From assembly GCA_041653635.1 (NCBI GenBank), contig JBAZFC010000001.1, positions 265,111 through 329,110 on the forward strand: 64,000 nt of DNA, read 5' to 3'. Numbering within the stretch: the stretch's first letter is position 1; each line of letters begins with the position of its first letter. Below, in pieces: positions 26,368 through 35,910 of this stretch. The stretch is from Candidatus Micrarchaeia archaeon. Lineage in GTDB: Archaea; Micrarchaeota; Micrarchaeia; Anstonellales; Bilamarchaeaceae. A model generated the notes under the pieces. That model was not told the DNA's origin. It saw nothing but the letters and a program-made list of their open reading frames with translations, and did not search any database. Made by a program: the position numbers and the translations under genes.

Positions 26368-27531
26368 ATGCCAGTCCAATCAGATTGCTCCACATGCAGC
26401 GTGAGGCACTGCTCAAGGTGCCTGCTTCCCGAGACGCAGGAGACTATCACATACGACAAGGAGGGCATCTGCAACGTCTGCAGGCAGGTGGAATTCAAGA
26501 AGACGAAGATAGACTGGGTGGCGCGGGAGAAGGAGCTGAAGGCGCTGATAGAGGAGTATAGGGGAAAGTACGATTACGATTGCATAATCCCGTACAGCGG
26601 CGGGAAGGACAGCACATACACAGTTTACAAGCTGGTCAGGGATTACAATGTGAAGCCGCTCGTGGTGACCTTTGACCATGGGTTCCTCAGGCCGCAGACG
26701 CTGGAGAACACCAAGAGGACGATGAAGACGCTGGGCGTGGACTACCATTCCTTCACCCCGAACTGGAAGGTGGTGAAGAAACTGATGCTTGAGGCGCTGA
26801 AGCGCAAGGGCGATTTCTGCTGGCATTGCCACACCGGGATATTCTCATACCCGATGCAGGTGGCGATAAAGTACAACGTGCCCCTGGTCTTCTGGGGCGA
26901 GCCGAGCGCGGAATACACGAGCTATTATGGATACGACGAGAAGGAGGAGGTGGACGAGAAGAGGTTCAACCGCTTCGTGAACCTCGGGATAACCGCCGAG
27001 GACATGGTCGGGATGGTCAAGGGGGTCACGATGAGGGACATGAAGCCCTTCACATACCCGCCCCTGAAAGAGCTGAAGGCGATAAAATACCGCTCGGTGT
27101 GCCTGGGCAGCTACATACCCTGGGACCCGAAGAAGAACTCCGAGCTGATAAGGAAGGAATTGGGATGGAAGGGGAACATAGTGGAGGGCATACCCACGGA
27201 ATATGATTATGAAAAGGTGGAGTGCATGTTCCAGGGGATTAGGGACTACCTGAAGTACATAAAGCGCGGCTTCGGCAGGACCGCCCACCTCATGAGCCTG
27301 GACCTGCGCAACAATAGGATAAGCCAGGAGAAGGCGCGCGAACTGATTGCGAAATACGACGGGAAGCGCCCTGCCAGCCTGGACGTGTTCCTGGAATACC
27401 TCGGCATAAGCGAGGAGGAGTTCATGAAGATTGCGCTGAGCCACGTGGTAGCCCCACATAAGCACGACCCGTCAAAGGTGAAGAGGGGCGAGCCCCTCCC
27501 GGACATGGGAAAGTGGGATAGGACAAAATGA
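26368..27531 (+). CDS. N-acetyl sugar amidotransferase (WbuX/PseA-like, acetamidino-forming)
   Basis: CSRC...CNVC, YDCIIPYSGGKDS PP-loop, CWHCH and KRGFGR motifs. Followed by hisH/hisF paralogues. Confidence 0.9.
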   Translation: MPVQSDCSTCSVRHCSRCLLPETQETITYDKEGICNVCRQVEFKKTKIDWVAREKELKALIEEYRGKYDYDCIIPYSGGKDSTYTVYKLVRDYNVKPLVVTFDHGFLRPQTLENTKRTMKTLGVDYHSFTPNWKVVKKLMLEALKRKGDFCWHCHTGIFSYPMQVAIKYNVPLVFWGEPSAEYTSYYGYDEKEEVDEKRFNRFVNLGITAEDMVGMVKGVTMRDMKPFTYPPLKELKAIKYRSVCLGSYIPWDPKKNSELIRKELGWKGNIVEGIPTEYDYEKVECMFQGIRDYLKYIKRGFGRTAHLMSLDLRNNRISQEKARELIAKYDGKRPASLDVFLEYLGISEEEFMKIALSHVVAPHKHDPSKVKRGEPLPDMGKWDRTK

Positions 27532-28145
27532 TAGGCATAGTGGATTACGGGATGGGGAACCTGCGCTCTGTGGCCAAGGCGTTTGAGCTCCTGGGCGCGG
27601 AAGTGATTGTGAGCGGGAAGCCGGAGGAACTCCAGGCCGCAGAAAAGCTTGTTTTGCCGGGCGTGGGCGCGTTCGGGGACGGGATGGCAAACCTCAGGAG
27701 GATGGGGCTGGACAAATTCCTGGAGGCGGAAGTGCTCGGGAAGAAGAAGCCGATGCTTGGGATATGCCTAGGGATGCAACTGCTCGCGCAGGAGGGTTTT
27801 GAGCGCGGCAGGAACAAGGGGCTTGGCTTCATAGGCGGGAAGGTGGCGAAATTTGAGCTGGAGGCGCAGGGGCTGAAGGTTCCGCACGTGGGATGGAACG
27901 AGGTCAGGTTCCTGGGGGAGAACCCGCTTTTCAGGGGGCTGAAGGACGGGGCCTGCTTTTACTTTGTGCACAGCTATCATATGGTTTGCGACGATAAAAA
28001 AGACGTTTCCGCGGTATGCGATTATGGGCATGAATTCACCGCTGCGGTGAGGCGCGGGAACATTTTCGGGACGCAGTTCCACCCGGAGAAGAGCCAGGAG
28101 GCGGGGCTGCGGGTGCTGGAGAATTATATTGATATGCAGGCATAG
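27528..28145 (+). CDS. hisH: HisH-like glutamine amidotransferase (glycan amidation)
   Basis: DYGMGN, LPGVG, GICLGMQ, YFVHSY and QFHPEKS motifs. Confidence 0.9.
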   Translation: MIGIVDYGMGNLRSVAKAFELLGAEVIVSGKPEELQAAEKLVLPGVGAFGDGMANLRRMGLDKFLEAEVLGKKKPMLGICLGMQLLAQEGFERGRNKGLGFIGGKVAKFELEAQGLKVPHVGWNEVRFLGENPLFRGLKDGACFYFVHSYHMVCDDKKDVSAVCDYGHEFTAAVRRGNIFGTQFHPEKSQEAGLRVLENYIDMQA

Positions 28146-28154
28146 GTGCTGATG

Positions 28155-28925
28155 ATGCTGAAGGTCAGGATAATACCCTCATTGCTCCTGCGGGAGGGCA
28201 GGTGCGTCAAGGGGGTGAAGTTCAGGGATTTCCGGGATACCGGCAACCCTGTTACCGCAGCGAAGATATACGATGCGCAGGGCGCGGACGAGCTGCTCTT
28301 CCTTGACATAACCGCATCCACGCAGAAGAGGAGCATACTCTTTGACATCGTCTCAAAAACAGCGGAGGCATGCTTCATGCCCCTCTGCGTCGGGGGAGGG
28401 ATACGGAGCATAGAGGACATCAGGAAGCTCCTGCTTGTGGGCGCGGACAAGGTATCCATAAACACCGCGGCGCTGGAGAGACCGGAATTCATAAACGAGG
28501 CAGCGGAGGTCTTCGGAAACCAGTGCGTCGTGGCATCAATAGATGTGAGGAAGCGCGTGGATGGGGAGTACGAAGTGTTCAGCGACTGCGGCACAAAGGC
28601 ACGGGGGATCGGGCCGGTTGAATGGGCGAAGGAAGCGGTGGCCCAGGGGGCGGGCGAAATCCTCCTCACATCAATAGACCAGGAGGGCACGAGGAAGGGA
28701 TACGACCTCGGGCTGATAAGGATGGTTGCGGATGCGGTGGAGGTGCCGGTCATAGCGTCCGGCGGGGTCGGCTCGCTGCAGGACCTTGTGGATGGGATAG
28801 TGAGGGGGCATGCGTCCGCGGTCTCGGCAGCAAGCATTTTCCATTTTACGGACCAGAGCATAATAAAGGCGCGCACATACATGAGGGAGGCAGGATTGGA
28901 CGTGCGCTCCATGGAAACGAGGTAA
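28155..28925 (+). CDS. hisF: HisF-like cyclase paralogue (glycan amidation)
   Basis: RIIPSLL (lacks the canonical CLD), GADEL, GGGIR and SIDQEGT motifs. Confidence 0.88.
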   Translation: MLKVRIIPSLLLREGRCVKGVKFRDFRDTGNPVTAAKIYDAQGADELLFLDITASTQKRSILFDIVSKTAEACFMPLCVGGGIRSIEDIRKLLLVGADKVSINTAALERPEFINEAAEVFGNQCVVASIDVRKRVDGEYEVFSDCGTKARGIGPVEWAKEAVAQGAGEILLTSIDQEGTRKGYDLGLIRMVADAVEVPVIASGGVGSLQDLVDGIVRGHASAVSAASIFHFTDQSIIKARTYMREAGLDVRSMETR

Positions 28926-28929
28926 TCGT

Positions 28930-29469
28930 ATGAAACCGGAGGGTAAGGTTGCTGAGGGGAAGGATGTCTATCTCGTTTATCTCAAGCCGGGGATGGTTAG
29001 CGAGGCATACGTTGGATGGCTCAACGACAAGGAGATAAACAAATATCTGGAGGTGAGGTTTGATGTGCCGCACACGCTGGAAAAGGTGAGGGATTACGTG
29101 GAGAAAATGCATGGGGATGCGGACAACCACCTGTTCGCGATAATGCTGCGGCAGGGCGGCAGGCACATAGGCAACATAAAGGTCGGGCCCGTAAATGCGC
29201 ACCACAAATTCGCGGAAGTCGGGATAATGATAGGCGACAGGGGCGTATGGGGGAAGGGGTACGGAAGCGAGGCGATAACGCTTGCAACTGATTATGCATT
29301 CAAAAAGCTGGGCATCCACAAGCTGGTTGCCGGGCTTTATGACAATAATGTCGCATCTCTCAAGGCATTTGAAAATGCGGGGTACGCCAGGGAAGGGCTG
29401 CTGAAGAAGAAATTCCTGTGCGACGGGAAATACGTGGACCACGTGCTGGTGGGGAAGCTGAATGAGTGA
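28930..29469 (+). CDS. RimJ/RimL-type GNAT acetyltransferase
   Basis: YVGWLND, HIGNIK, WGKGYGSEA and N.AS..AF..AGY..EG motifs. Confidence 0.85.
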   Translation: MKPEGKVAEGKDVYLVYLKPGMVSEAYVGWLNDKEINKYLEVRFDVPHTLEKVRDYVEKMHGDADNHLFAIMLRQGGRHIGNIKVGPVNAHHKFAEVGIMIGDRGVWGKGYGSEAITLATDYAFKKLGIHKLVAGLYDNNVASLKAFENAGYAREGLLKKKFLCDGKYVDHVLVGKLNE

Positions 29470-30286
29470 GGGCAGGAAGAGTGGGAAGAGGGATGCGGAG
29501 TGGCACATCATAATCTACGTGCCCGCATACAACGCTGAGGGCACAGTGGGGGAACTGGTCCGCAGGACTAAGAAGGCGGACGAGGGGCTGGGCAGGATTG
29601 GCGCTTCAATAGATGCAATGGTAATAGTAAATGATGGAAGCAGGGACGGGACGATGGCTGAGCTGAGGGGGCTCGGCAGGGAGGCGGGCTTCCTCCATGT
29701 TGTGGATATGAAGGAGAATGGCGGGCCGGTGAAGGCGCTTTTCAAAGGGATGGAGGAGGCGGAGAAAATCCTTGCGGGGAAGGGCCTCCCCCCGGAAAGG
29801 ACGATAATGATCAGGATGGATTCGGATTTGGAGCACCAGCCCGAGGATATAGAAATGCTGGTGAAGCCGATAATGGACGGGGAGAGGAAGGTTACTGTGG
29901 GTTACATCCCATCCGGAGCGGGGAGCGGGATAACCGCGCGGCTTTTCAATGAATTCGCGGGGAATGGGGAGAGCAAAAAGTTCCTCGGGATTTCAATTCC
30001 GCAGTTCTGCCCGGGTTTCATTGCGATGCGCGCGGACCTGTTCAGAAAGGCGCATCCGCTGCTGAAAGAGAAGGCGGAAAGGTTCAGGGAAAAAACCGGG
30101 ATGGAAATGCTAACGATGGATTTCGTGATTCTTGTGGTCGCGAAATGGCTGGGGGAACAGCCCGGCGTCTTCAGGCTGAGGCCAGTTGAGGAAAGGTACG
30201 TGAAAAAGCCGCGGAAAGGGAAGGTCCTCGATTACCTGGATTACCATAACAAGACGATGAGGTTCCTGGAAGGGGAGGTGCGGTAA
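29462..30286 (+). CDS. Glycosyltransferase family 2
   Basis: YVPAYNAE, VNDGSRDGT and MDSDLEHQP motifs. Confidence 0.82.
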   Translation: MSEGRKSGKRDAEWHIIIYVPAYNAEGTVGELVRRTKKADEGLGRIGASIDAMVIVNDGSRDGTMAELRGLGREAGFLHVVDMKENGGPVKALFKGMEEAEKILAGKGLPPERTIMIRMDSDLEHQPEDIEMLVKPIMDGERKVTVGYIPSGAGSGITARLFNEFAGNGESKKFLGISIPQFCPGFIAMRADLFRKAHPLLKEKAERFREKTGMEMLTMDFVILVVAKWLGEQPGVFRLRPVEERYVKKPRKGKVLDYLDYHNKTMRFLEGEVR

Positions 30287-31263
30287 TGGAATTGAAACCC
30301 AAATACGAGCTGGACGGCATTCCGGTATTCCTCACCGAGGAGGAGTTTGAAAAGGCACGGAAGGATGTCCAGTCACTGCCCGCATCAGAGATTGAAAACC
30401 TGAAAAGGCGCTATGAGAGCATGCCCGCCCCGGCTGCGGGCTCAAGGAAACTCAGCGCGAAGGAGTGGGTTAAGAATGTCTATGGGCTGAAGATGCTCAA
30501 CGCCATGAATTATGCCGGCATAAACAGCGTCGGGCTCGCGCTGAGCATCCGCCCGCCTTTCCTGCTGAACGTCGGGAGGCCAGGCGGCTTCAAGGCCTCG
30601 GAGAGCCAGGTCAAGAGCCATGAGCGGGAGGCATATGGCGGGCTGGGCGGAACGGACGAGGAGGTCCTGTCCCTGAAACAGAATTCCGTGCGCATCGTCA
30701 ATGGGAAGCCCATGTCAATGGACGACTGGACATACCGCGGAATCGTGATGGGGGCGGCTGCGGACATGCTCCGGAAGGGGAATGTAAATCCGGGCTCCAT
30801 CCTGGAAATCGGCTGCGGGTTTTTGCCGAACCTCCACATACTCAGTAAGATTTATCCTAAGGCCTCGCTCATGGGGCTGGACTACAACATAAACCGGCTC
30901 AGGGTGGGAAGGGCAATCATAGACAAAGAGATACCGGTATGCTGCGGGGATGCGATGAACCTGCCGTTCGGGGACAAGTCATTTGACCTTGCGGTGACGG
31001 TGCATGTGATGGAGAGGTTCGGTGACGGGGAATCGCTGGCAAAGATGATGGGGGAGATGCGCCGCGTGGCGAAGCACATCGCGGTCATAGAGCCGATTTA
31101 TGAGTACCAGGACATTTTCGCAAAGGCGCACAACAGGCTCGGCAAGTACCCGAGCAACATAAAGGAAAAGCTGCGGCAGGCAGGGTTTGAAATTATCGGC
31201 CTGGAAACCTCGCAGTTTGGCAGCGTGGTGAATACGGCAACCATTATCCTGGCCAAATCCTAA
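30286..31263 (+). CDS. Class I SAM-dependent methyltransferase with N-terminal extension
   Basis: ILEIGCG, GLD, GDAMNLPFGDKSFD and EMRRVA motifs. Confidence 0.82.
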   Translation: MELKPKYELDGIPVFLTEEEFEKARKDVQSLPASEIENLKRRYESMPAPAAGSRKLSAKEWVKNVYGLKMLNAMNYAGINSVGLALSIRPPFLLNVGRPGGFKASESQVKSHEREAYGGLGGTDEEVLSLKQNSVRIVNGKPMSMDDWTYRGIVMGAAADMLRKGNVNPGSILEIGCGFLPNLHILSKIYPKASLMGLDYNINRLRVGRAIIDKEIPVCCGDAMNLPFGDKSFDLAVTVHVMERFGDGESLAKMMGEMRRVAKHIAVIEPIYEYQDIFAKAHNRLGKYPSNIKEKLRQAGFEIIGLETSQFGSVVNTATIILAKS

Positions 31264-31278
31264 TCTGGGAGCGGGCGG

Positions 31279-32259
31279 CTAAACCTTGATTGTCTTGCCG
31301 CTCTCCGCGGATTCTTTTGCCTTCAGCGCGAGCGCGAGGGATTTCTCCCCCTCCTCAAGATTGACAAGGGGCTTCTTTCCCCCCTTTATGCAACCTATGA
31401 AGTGCCTCATCTCATTCACGTACATCGCGTTCGGGTCGTCGCTCAGGTCCAAAACCTCTGTTGCCTTCTTATCCGCATCATAAAGCACGACCGAGCCCTT
31501 TGAGTAGTCCCAGGAGATGGTGCCCTTCTCGCCTACGATTTCGCACTTCCTCGCATAATCCTGCCTTATGAAATCCAGGTGGATGTTCACGATGGCGCCG
31601 CCCTTGAACATGATGTTCATCTCCGCGACATCTTCCGTTTCCACATCAAGGTCGCTCACCTTCTTCGCCATGCAGCATATCTCGCTAGCCTCGCCAAATA
31701 GCCACCTTGCATAATCTACCTCGTGGGAGCCGTCCAGGATTATCCCGCCGCCCAGGCTCTTGCTCGCGGTGTAGCTCTTCCTGTAGTCCTGCCAGGGCCT
31801 CCAGGTGGGGAGGTACTGCCCGAATATCAGGCGGGCGGAGAGGGGCTTGCCTATCGTGCCCTGCGAAACCATCTCCTTCACCTTCATGAGGCTCCTGTTG
31901 AACCTCATGTTGTAGCCGATCGATACGATGAGCTTTTTGCGCGAGGCCAGTTTCGCGATATCCTTTATCCCGGAAAGGTCGTGGGAAAGGGGCTTCTCCA
32001 CGAAAACGTGGCAGCCGGCCTCCAGCGCGAGCTTCGCGAGAGGGAGATGGGTGCTGGGAGGGGTGCAGACAAGGGCCGCATCCGGCTTCTCCAAAAGCGC
32101 GCCCTCTGTTTTTTCAAACACGCGCACCCCGAGGTTTTCCTTCACCCAGGCCCGGTTCTCGGCCATCACGTCGCTCGCAACCACATCCTCTCCGAGAGAC
32201 ATGAGGTTCTTCATGTGCCTCCGCCCTATGGAACCGCATCCAATCACGAGAAATTTCGT
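31279..32259 (-). CDS. Gfo/Idh/MocA oxidoreductase (probable ACG start at 32259)
   Basis: (M)KFLVIGCGSIGRRH, VEKP, GYNMRF and GGGIILDGSHE motifs. SD GAGGTG sits 5 nt before the ACG. Confidence 0.85.
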   Translation of the reverse strand, partial: TKFLVIGCGSIGRRHMKNLMSLGEDVVASDVMAENRAWVKENLGVRVFEKTEGALLEKPDAALVCTPPSTHLPLAKLALEAGCHVFVEKPLSHDLSGIKDIAKLASRKKLIVSIGYNMRFNRSLMKVKEMVSQGTIGKPLSARLIFGQYLPTWRPWQDYRKSYTASKSLGGGIILDGSHEVDYARWLFGEASEICCMAKKVSDLDVETEDVAEMNIMFKGGAIVNIHLDFIRQDYARKCEIVGEKGTISWDYSKGSVVLYDADKKATEVLDLSDDPNAMYVNEMRHFIGCIKGGKKPLVNLEEGEKSLALALKAKESAESGKTIKV

Positions 32260-32268
32260 ATCAACACC

Positions 32269-33459
32269 TCATTTCCTCCCGCTCCTGAACTCCTTTACGG
32301 ATTTCCGGAGTATCTCCGCCTGCTTCCCGGCCTCCTCCAATTCCCAGTAGTTTGTCTTGAACTGCAGCATCCTCAGCTGCAGGTATTCCGCATCGGGGCA
32401 GAGGCCCGGCGAATATTTCTGCCATATTCCCTTCTGCTTCTGGATTCCATCCGTGAAAAGCGGCTCCTGGTAGGTGAGCTTCCACGCGGAATAGTAGCCG
32501 TCCCCGCCGTTCTTCTGGAATATTTCCCTGAACTTGTACCAATCGGTTTCTGGCCGTTCGGTCTGCAGCACCGTGCTGTATGCCCAGAAGGAATTCTTGT
32601 AGCCGGCGGGCTCTGCCTGCGGGAGGAGCACGTCCTCGGAGCCCTCAAGCGCGTCCGCGAACATCTCCGCAACCTTTATCCTCTGGCCGACCAGCTCGTT
32701 GAGCCTCTCAAGCTGCCCGAGGGCAACCGCTGCCGCGACCTCGGACATGCGGTAGTTAAACCCGAGCGTTACGTGCCTGGAATATTTAGGGTCCTGGATG
32801 TCGTTCTTGGTTATCTTCCCCTTCTTCGCGCTCACGCCCGCGTAGCCGAGGCTGCCGAACTTCCTTGCCTTGTCCGCGAACTCCTCGCTGTTCGTGGTGA
32901 GCATCCCGCCCTCGCCGCAGGTCATGTGCTTGCTCGCCTGGAAGCTGTAGCTGGAAAAATCACCGAACTCTCCGACCAGCTTGCCCTTGTATTCGCCGAG
33001 GAAGCACTGTGCATTGTCCTCTATGAGGAAGAGGTTGTGCTCCTTGCATATCTTCAATATCTCGTCGTAGTCAGGGGAAAGCCCGTATAGGGAAACGGTG
33101 ATGATTGCCTTCGTCTTCTTGGTTATGCATTTCCTTATGGAGTCCGGGCTTATGGTGTATGTATTGCGGTCAACGTCCGCGAACACCGGGATTGAGCCGT
33201 TCTGCAGGACGCAGAGCGAGGTGCTTGACATTGTGAGCGGCGGGACTATCACTTCGTCGCCCGGCTTCACGCCGAGGGCGACCAGCGCGGTGTGCATCGT
33301 CGCTGTGCCGTTCACGTGCCCTATCGCGTATTTGGACCTGAAAACCTGCGCGAACTTCTGCTCCAGCTTGGTGTTGAAGACGCTGTTCAGCGAGGTCCTG
33401 AAGCCGTTTGCCAGCGCTTCCAGGACATACTTCCTTTCAAGGTCGGAAATCCTTTCCAT
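32269..33459 (-). CDS. DegT/DnrJ/EryC1/StrS sugar aminotransferase
   Basis: NGTAT, EDNAQ, SFQASKHMTCGEGG and GFNYRMSE motifs. Confidence 0.9.
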   Translation of the reverse strand: MERISDLERKYVLEALANGFRTSLNSVFNTKLEQKFAQVFRSKYAIGHVNGTATMHTALVALGVKPGDEVIVPPLTMSSTSLCVLQNGSIPVFADVDRNTYTISPDSIRKCITKKTKAIITVSLYGLSPDYDEILKICKEHNLFLIEDNAQCFLGEYKGKLVGEFGDFSSYSFQASKHMTCGEGGMLTTNSEEFADKARKFGSLGYAGVSAKKGKITKNDIQDPKYSRHVTLGFNYRMSEVAAAVALGQLERLNELVGQRIKVAEMFADALEGSEDVLLPQAEPAGYKNSFWAYSTVLQTERPETDWYKFREIFQKNGGDGYYSAWKLTYQEPLFTDGIQKQKGIWQKYSPGLCPDAEYLQLRMLQFKTNYWELEEAGKQAEILRKSVKEFRSGRK

Positions 33460-33464
33460 TTGAA

Positions 33465-34205
33465 TCACTTCTTTTTTTCATACATCGCGCTTCTCTTCAC
33501 GCCGGAGTTCATGGAGGGTATTTCCGGGCGCTCCCTTATAAGCCGTAGTATGTCGCCCATGAGGAAGATTTTTCCCCCCTTGTAAAGCTCGGCATAAACC
33601 GCCCTTGCCATCTCAAGGTCCTCCTTTGTATCTATGGTCCATCGCAGGGAGGAACGGTCCTCCTTGTTCGCAAGGTTCATCTGCCTGAACTTTTCCGGGT
33701 GGCGGTAAAAATATTGGGTTACGTGCTCGCGCTCGTACGGGTCCCGGGATTCCGCCTGCGCCCTTTCCAATGCCTCCATGGAAAAGACCTCCACGTCCAG
33801 GCCTTCGGGGAATGAGGGCGGATTGTTGTTGTAGGCGAAATCAAGCTTGTTTTTCACGAACAGGTCCACGACCTTGTCTATTATCTCCGGGTCCTTGAAC
33901 GGGTCGTCGGAGGTTATGCGGACGATTGTTTCCGCGCCCATGCTTTTCGCAGCGTGGAAATAGCGTGAGAGCACGTCCTCCTCGCTGCCGCGGAACACCT
34001 CTATCTTGTTTTCGCGGCACCATTTTTCCAGCACATTGTCCGCCGGGTTCGTGGTGGTCGCGACCGCAATCCTGGTTATCCTTTTGCTATGCTTCAGCCG
34101 GTCAACCACGTGCCATACCAGCGGCTTTCCGCTTATCTGCGCGAATATCTTGTTGGGAAGCCGGCTTGAACTCACGCGGGCCTGGATTATCGCGGTCACT
34201 TCCAT
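33465..34205 (-). CDS. spsF: SpsF-like cytidylyltransferase (CMP-NulO synthetase-like)
   Basis: IIQARVSSSRLPNK, RGSEEDVL, RITSDDP, GLDVEV, REHVT and RWTIDT motifs. Confidence 0.85.
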   Translation of the reverse strand: MEVTAIIQARVSSSRLPNKIFAQISGKPLVWHVVDRLKHSKRITRIAVATTTNPADNVLEKWCRENKIEVFRGSEEDVLSRYFHAAKSMGAETIVRITSDDPFKDPEIIDKVVDLFVKNKLDFAYNNNPPSFPEGLDVEVFSMEALERAQAESRDPYEREHVTQYFYRHPEKFRQMNLANKEDRSSLRWTIDTKEDLEMARAVYAELYKGGKIFLMGDILRLIRERPEIPSMNSGVKRSAMYEKKK

Positions 34206-34873
34206 TTGGGGTTCACCAGCCTGATTCCGAATATGTCATAAGCGAAGAGCTTTGCGAATGCCTTGAGCATCATCAGCTCGGACCTTATAGCCCTGCCCCC
34301 GAAAAGCCGGGGGGTGCCCTTCCGCTCCCGTATGTCCACGTCTATTTCCGTTATGGAGAATCCTTTCTTCTTGGCCGCAAAAACGAACTGAGTGCCTATG
34401 CTGCCTATGGAATCGTAGAACCCGACCTTCCGAAAAACTTCGGAGCTGAAGCCCCTGAAGCCGCAGAGCGGGTCGCTCACGCCCACCCTCCACCTCGCCA
34501 GCAGGCCGAACAGCCTCTCCGCGAGCCGGGCCTTCCTGTGCCGCACGCCGAGCACGAAATCCGCCCCGTTGTCAAGCAGGGATATCATCTCAGGGATTTG
34601 TGCGGGGTTGTGCTGCCCGTCCGCGTCCATTATTATCACGTTGTCCGCGCGCTTCGCCGCCTCTGCCACGCCAAGGTTAAGCGAAGCGGTGTAGCCCACG
34701 TTCAGGCCGTTCCTCAGCACGGTTGCGCCGCTTGCCGATGCGAGCTCGCCGGTCCTGTCGCTGGAGGAGTCGTCCACGACAAGCACGTCGCAATATTTCT
34801 TCGCATCCCGCACCACGGAGGAAATCGTCTTCTCCTCGTTGTGCGCGGGGATGACGACTATACTTTTTCCCAT
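34196..34873 (-). CDS. Glycosyltransferase family 2
   Basis: IPAHNEE, VDDSSSD, MDADGQH and DPLCGFR motifs. Confidence 0.85.
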   Translation of the reverse strand: MGKSIVVIPAHNEEKTISSVVRDAKKYCDVLVVDDSSSDRTGELASASGATVLRNGLNVGYTASLNLGVAEAAKRADNVIIMDADGQHNPAQIPEMISLLDNGADFVLGVRHRKARLAERLFGLLARWRVGVSDPLCGFRGFSSEVFRKVGFYDSIGSIGTQFVFAAKKKGFSITEIDVDIRERKGTPRLFGGRAIRSELMMLKAFAKLFAYDIFGIRLVNPKWK

Positions 34874-35910
34874 GTTATCGCTTCGCCCGCCTTTATGTCG
34901 GCGCGTGCCTTCCTGCCCACGACCTTGCCCAGGTCCTTGGGGGGGATTCCTTCAAACGGCCTAAGGATGTCCACCATGTCCTCGGTGATTTTGGTGCCGC
35001 TGGGGATGTCCTTCTTTGCGAAGAGGCTGCGCCTCTGCACTATCCTGGTCTTCTGTTCGCCGGGATACACGTCCTTCGCCGGGGAGCCGAGCGCCGCCTC
35101 CGCGTTCCGCACGTCGCGCACGAGCTGCCTGAGCTCGGCGGGGTCCAGCGCGAACGGATGGTCCGGCCCCGGAAGGGACTTGTCATCCGTGAAGTGTTTT
35201 TCTATCACGCAGCATCCGAAAGCCACGCTGAGCACCGGGACGACGCTGCCCGGAGTGTGGTCCGAGTAGCCGACAGGGATGTCAAAGGAATCCTGGAGCG
35301 TCTTCATCGCCCTCACGTTCGCGTCCTCAAAGGATGATGGGTAATTGGTCACGCATTGAAGGAGGACGAGCTGGTTGTTGTGCCTCCGTATGACCTCAAC
35401 CGCCTCCCCTATCTCCTCCATCGTGGATGCGCCGGTGCCCATGATGATGGGCTTGCCTTTCTTCGCGATGTATTCAACGAGCTGGAGGAAGGTTACGTCC
35501 CCTGAGCCAATCTTGTAGGCAGGGACGCCTATGCTGTCCATGAGGTCCACCGCCTCCTTGTCGTACGGGGAGGAAAGGAAGATTATGCCCTTTTTCTTGC
35601 AGTGGTCCATTATCTCCGCGTGCCACTCCCGGGGGAATTCCGCGTCCTGATACACCTGCCACACAGGCTTGTTCCACTTCTTCTGGAATTCCGCCTCCGA
35701 GCCCTTTTCAAAAGACGCCTTGTTGATTATCTTGCCCGCCGCGAACGTCTGGAATTTTATGGCGTCCGCGCCGCATTCCTTCGCAAGGTCCGCGAGCTTC
35801 TTCGCCTTGTCCAGGCTCCTGTCAAAGTTGGAGCCGACCTCGGCTATGATGAACGCCGGATGGCCCGGGCCGATGGTGCGGCCGGCGATTTTTATCGGTT
35901 CCATAATCAT
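34858..35910 (-). CDS. neuB: Second nonulosonic acid synthase (NeuB family)
   Basis: IIAEVGSNFD, AIKFQ, KIGS, GYSDHT, IEKHFT and a SAF domain. Confidence 0.85.
   Translation of the reverse strand: MIMEPIKIAGRTIGPGHPAFIIAEVGSNFDRSLDKAKKLADLAKECGADAIKFQTFAAGKIINKASFEKGSEAEFQKKWNKPVWQVYQDAEFPREWHAEIMDHCKKKGIIFLSSPYDKEAVDLMDSIGVPAYKIGSGDVTFLQLVEYIAKKGKPIIMGTGASTMEEIGEAVEVIRRHNNQLVLLQCVTNYPSSFEDANVRAMKTLQDSFDIPVGYSDHTPGSVVPVLSVAFGCCVIEKHFTDDKSLPGPDHPFALDPAELRQLVRDVRNAEAALGSPAKDVYPGEQKTRIVQRRSLFAKKDIPSGTKITEDMVDILRPFEGIPPKDLGKVVGRKARADIKAGEAITWEKV

Noticed and set aside
27528..28925. Histidine biosynthesis operon
   Set aside because: hisH/hisF follow an N-acetyl sugar amidotransferase, HisF lacks the canonical N-terminal Asp motif, and no other his genes are present.
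31723..33090. Long plus-strand 455-aa ORF and similar antisense ORFs (784-1677, 6184-7068, 10938-11834, 33926-35269, 52210-53148)
   Set aside because: These are shadow frames opposite well-supported genes in GC-rich DNA and carry no recognisable motifs.
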